DNA of 64,000 nucleotides from an uncultured Bacilli bacterium (GTDB lineage Bacteria; Bacillota_I; Bacilli_A; RF39; UBA660): NCBI GenBank assembly GCA_910588195.1, contig CAJUPN010000003.1, positions 42,842 to 106,841 of the forward strand, read 5' to 3'. Shown piece by piece: positions 61,113 to 64,000 of this stretch (position 1 is its first letter; each line of letters starts with the position of its first letter). The notes under the pieces were generated by a model. It saw only the letters and a program-made list of their open reading frames with translations, ran no database searches and was not told where the DNA came from. The position numbers and the translations under genes were made by a program.

Positions 61113-64000
61113 ATGAAATTTAAGTGTTTACGATCCGAAAAAAAAGGATATAAGCACGATATAATTAGTATTGTCGTATTATTTGGAATACTTATGATGC
61201 TTGTTACTCTTGGACCTAATATTTCAAGAATAAGTATCTTAAAAACAAATAATATGACTGCTTTGGCTAATGAAAGTAAAATTGAAAATCAATTAAACTT
61301 TAATTCAACAGAGGCTAAAGATACTAATGCAAACGCGAAAGCTAATGCCACGGATATGGTTTACCTTTCAGATATTCCTTATATGCCTGGAATATCATAT
61401 ACATCTTATAGTACCATTCAATTAGATAAGAATTTATCCGGAGGACTAATTACTTTAAATGTTGATGGGAAGAAAAAAATGTTTATGAAAGGTATTTTAG
61501 CACATGCAAATGCAACCGTTGCTTATGACCTTAGTGGATACAATTATGATTATCTAACAGCTTATTTGGGAATCGATGCTAGTGTTGGTTCAGCAGGTAA
61601 TGGTGTTAGATTTGAAGTTCACACATCGGATGATGGAAAGACTTGGACTCTTAGAGAAAGAGTCAACAATAATGCAGTGTTTAAGGGAGATGGAAATGCA
61701 TTTTTTCTTAAATATCCTGTAACAAATGTGAAATACATTAAGTTTGTAATTCAAAATTGTGGAAATGAAAGTAACGACCATTCAGTTTTAGCGGATGCAA
61801 AACTTATAAAAGATGGTTATGAAGAACCTTCAAGCACAGTAGATTACATAAAAACAGTTGAGCAATATGATGAAATAATTAAAAGTTTTCAATCATCTAA
61901 CTTAACTAGAGAACAAGAATTAGTAGTTTTACAAAGAGATTTTGTTAATAATGCAACTTATGATTTATTACAAAATATGGCTACTTTTAATTCTTCGTTT
62001 AATGAAACAATAAAATGGTTAATGACTGATTTAGATAATTTGAAACTATATATTATGGGTGGAAAGCCTGATGGAGGATATTATAAATCCATGGTAGAAT
62101 TAAGTAGACTATATACTAATTACAAAGATGACTTTTTAATTAGTACATCACTTAATAATAAGTGGGATTCATCTTTAACATATGGAGATCTTTATAAAAA
62201 AATGGCAATCTCATTGTCTTTAACTCACTCAGGAACTGTTAGATTGTGGATGCAAAATTCGGCAGAGAATCAATCTGATTCAGTAGTTAGATATGCTATT
62301 TATAAGTTTATGCATAAAAATGGTAGATTTAAAGCGACAGATAATGTTGATATAACACCAATATTTGAGTCACTCCCAGTTGAAACAATGCGTTTTATTA
62401 TGAATAATTTGATTGATGATGAATCAATCTTGTGGTTAAATGACTATGTTCAATCAAAAATTGATGCTGCTCCAAATAGTGTTGGCTCTCTTTTAACACC
62501 ACATCCATATATTTCATACGTTTGGCCAAATTATGGTAGTGGCGTTTATTATGATGAGGCTAATAAAGATTATTTCAATGAATTATTTTCTGTTCCAAAC
62601 AGAGAAAATCCAGAAGAAAGAATAGGCTTATGGGATTTGACTTATACTATTCCAGGAGGAGTAGATAGTCCCGAATATACTTTAAAGGTTACTAGAGGAA
62701 CAAGTGATTATAAATTATATAAAGTATGGATGAACTTTAGAAATAAATTCGGAACAGGTGCTGTTTGTGGAGGTATTTCTAAATCTGGTTCTAATATACG
62801 TGCAACTCATGGTATACCTGCAACTGTAATAGGACAACCTGGGCATGCTGCACTTTTGTATTATTCACAAAATGCAAATGGTCAAGGATATTGGGGAATA
62901 GATAATGACGTTAGTGGATGGACTTTGTCTGAGAAGGGTGAGAGAATGCTTCTTGGATGGGGAAATGATAGAAGATACGCCACTGGCTATACTATTCCTT
63001 ATATGGTAATGGCTCAAGAGGCTGTTAATAGATTTGCTGATTATCAAAGATCTAGTGAATTATTGATGTTAGCAAATACTTATGCAAATGATTCTGTAAA
63101 ATATGAACAATATCTACGTGAATCAATTGCTGCATTAGATTTTAATGTTGATGCTTGGTATAAATTAATTGAACTATATAATAATGATTCGACAAAAACA
63201 GAAGAAGATTATTATAATTTGGTAGTTGAATTAAGTGAAAGTTTTTTAGAGTATCCTTTACCTTTCTATCAACTATCATCTTTAATAAAACGTAAGCTTA
63301 CATCAAATGCTTATGAGTTTAAGTACTCTTTATTAGTTACTGATACTTTAACTAAGTCTAAGAATTATCAAGGTACTGATGTTTTACAACCTGGGGTTAC
63401 AAGGGTTGAGGCATCTTATCTTTTAGGACAATTTGATTCTACTCTAGCAACATTTTCATTTGATGGGGATAAAGCTAATAAAATCGTTTTATCAAGTCGC
63501 TTTGATGGAAGTGGAATTAGATGGGATTATAGTTTAGATGGTAAAAATACTTGGAAAGAAGTTTCATTTACAGGAGAAGAGGTTCATGAATTAGAATTGT
63601 CTCCTGAAGAAATCGCTAGTATAACATCTGAAAATGATATTTATATTCATATAGTTGGTGTTAATTACGCGGATGAAAATTTATACAAAATTGATATATT
63701 GGATTCTGCTGGGTTACCTAGTACACTTTATCCAAATGATTTAGAAGATAAATTAATTGCTGCTGTGCCAACAATGTTATGGAAATATAATGAAAATGAC
63801 GATTGGACATATTACAGAGATGCTGAACCAGATTTATCTGGTGATAGAGATGTAATTGTAAAGGCAGGAGCAACTGGAGTGTACTTAGCTGATACAAATT
63901 CGACAACTTATCATTTTACTAATAATGTACAACCGAACGAAAGAAAATATATAACGATTTCACATCTTTCTATTGAAAGTGTTTCTTCTGAGGCTACTGC
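61113..64000 (+). CDS. Large secreted/surface protein with NPCBM-like carbohydrate-binding module and transglutaminase-like Cys-His core (3' end outside window)
   Basis: Hand translation from the ATG at 61113 (RBS GGAGGG) is open for 962 codons to the window end. Signal anchor IVVLFGILMMLV. NPCBM-like YLSDIPY...KGILAHANATVAYDL...YLGIDASVG...FEVHTSDDGKTW. GAVCGGISK...GQPGHAALLYY...WGIDND. Absent from the ORF track because it has no in-window stop. Confidence 0.8.
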   Translation, partial: MKFKCLRSEKKGYKHDIISIVVLFGILMMLVTLGPNISRISILKTNNMTALANESKIENQLNFNSTEAKDTNANAKANATDMVYLSDIPYMPGISYTSYSTIQLDKNLSGGLITLNVDGKKKMFMKGILAHANATVAYDLSGYNYDYLTAYLGIDASVGSAGNGVRFEVHTSDDGKTWTLRERVNNNAVFKGDGNAFFLKYPVTNVKYIKFVIQNCGNESNDHSVLADAKLIKDGYEEPSSTVDYIKTVEQYDEIIKSFQSSNLTREQELVVLQRDFVNNATYDLLQNMATFNSSFNETIKWLMTDLDNLKLYIMGGKPDGGYYKSMVELSRLYTNYKDDFLISTSLNNKWDSSLTYGDLYKKMAISLSLTHSGTVRLWMQNSAENQSDSVVRYAIYKFMHKNGRFKATDNVDITPIFESLPVETMRFIMNNLIDDESILWLNDYVQSKIDAAPNSVGSLLTPHPYISYVWPNYGSGVYYDEANKDYFNELFSVPNRENPEERIGLWDLTYTIPGGVDSPEYTLKVTRGTSDYKLYKVWMNFRNKFGTGAVCGGISKSGSNIRATHGIPATVIGQPGHAALLYYSQNANGQGYWGIDNDVSGWTLSEKGERMLLGWGNDRRYATGYTIPYMVMAQEAVNRFADYQRSSELLMLANTYANDSVKYEQYLRESIAALDFNVDAWYKLIELYNNDSTKTEEDYYNLVVELSESFLEYPLPFYQLSSLIKRKLTSNAYEFKYSLLVTDTLTKSKNYQGTDVLQPGVTRVEASYLLGQFDSTLATFSFDGDKANKIVLSSRFDGSGIRWDYSLDGKNTWKEVSFTGEEVHELELSPEEIASITSENDIYIHIVGVNYADENLYKIDILDSAGLPSTLYPNDLEDKLIAAVPTMLWKYNENDDWTYYRDAEPDLSGDRDVIVKAGATGVYLADTNSTTYHFTNNVQPNERKYITISHLSIESVSSEAT

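Overview
This is an AT-rich chromosomal segment (roughly 25-30% G+C by eye, not computed) from a spore-forming Bacillota organism, and it spans the replication origin. The order rnpA-rpmH | oriC | dnaA-dnaN-(comK-like)-recF-gyrB-gyrA sits at about 34.3-44.0 kb. Genes left of about 35 kb are mostly on the minus strand (jag, yidC, mnmE, mnmG, rsmG, a Noc-like ParB-family gene, prfA, prmC, murA, rpmE, spoIID, spoIIR, recG). Genes to the right are on the plus strand (tadA, dnaX, ybaB, recR, bofA, holB, ricT, pth, mfd, metG, tatD, rsmA), largely syntenic with the Bacillus subtilis origin region.

Features that stand out:
- (1) A 676-bp non-coding array of eight near-perfect parS sites (TGTTYCACGTGAAACA) lies between gyrA and the SRP RNA gene.
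- (2) The only ParB-family gene in the window looks Noc-type and has no parA or parB partner. A perfect Noc-binding-site palindrome sits inside dnaX.
- (3) A stripped-down type VII secretion locus at 1.5-7.4 kb has essC, an esaB/yukD-like gene and two convergent WXG100-like genes, but no essA, essB or esaA.
- (4) The bipartite oriC is built from a variant DnaA box, TT(T/A)TCAAC, with a box / GC / TAA-trio unwinding module between dnaA and dnaN.
- (5) There are two promoter-plus-terminator-bounded small-RNA candidates, a T-box leader ahead of a NUDIX-membrane-metG operon, a frameshift-split transglutaminase-like gene and a yabG remnant.
- (6) A >960-codon surface-protein ORF runs off the 3' end and is missing from the supplied ORF track.

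All calls rest on reading the sequence and on remembered family motifs. No searches or computations were run.
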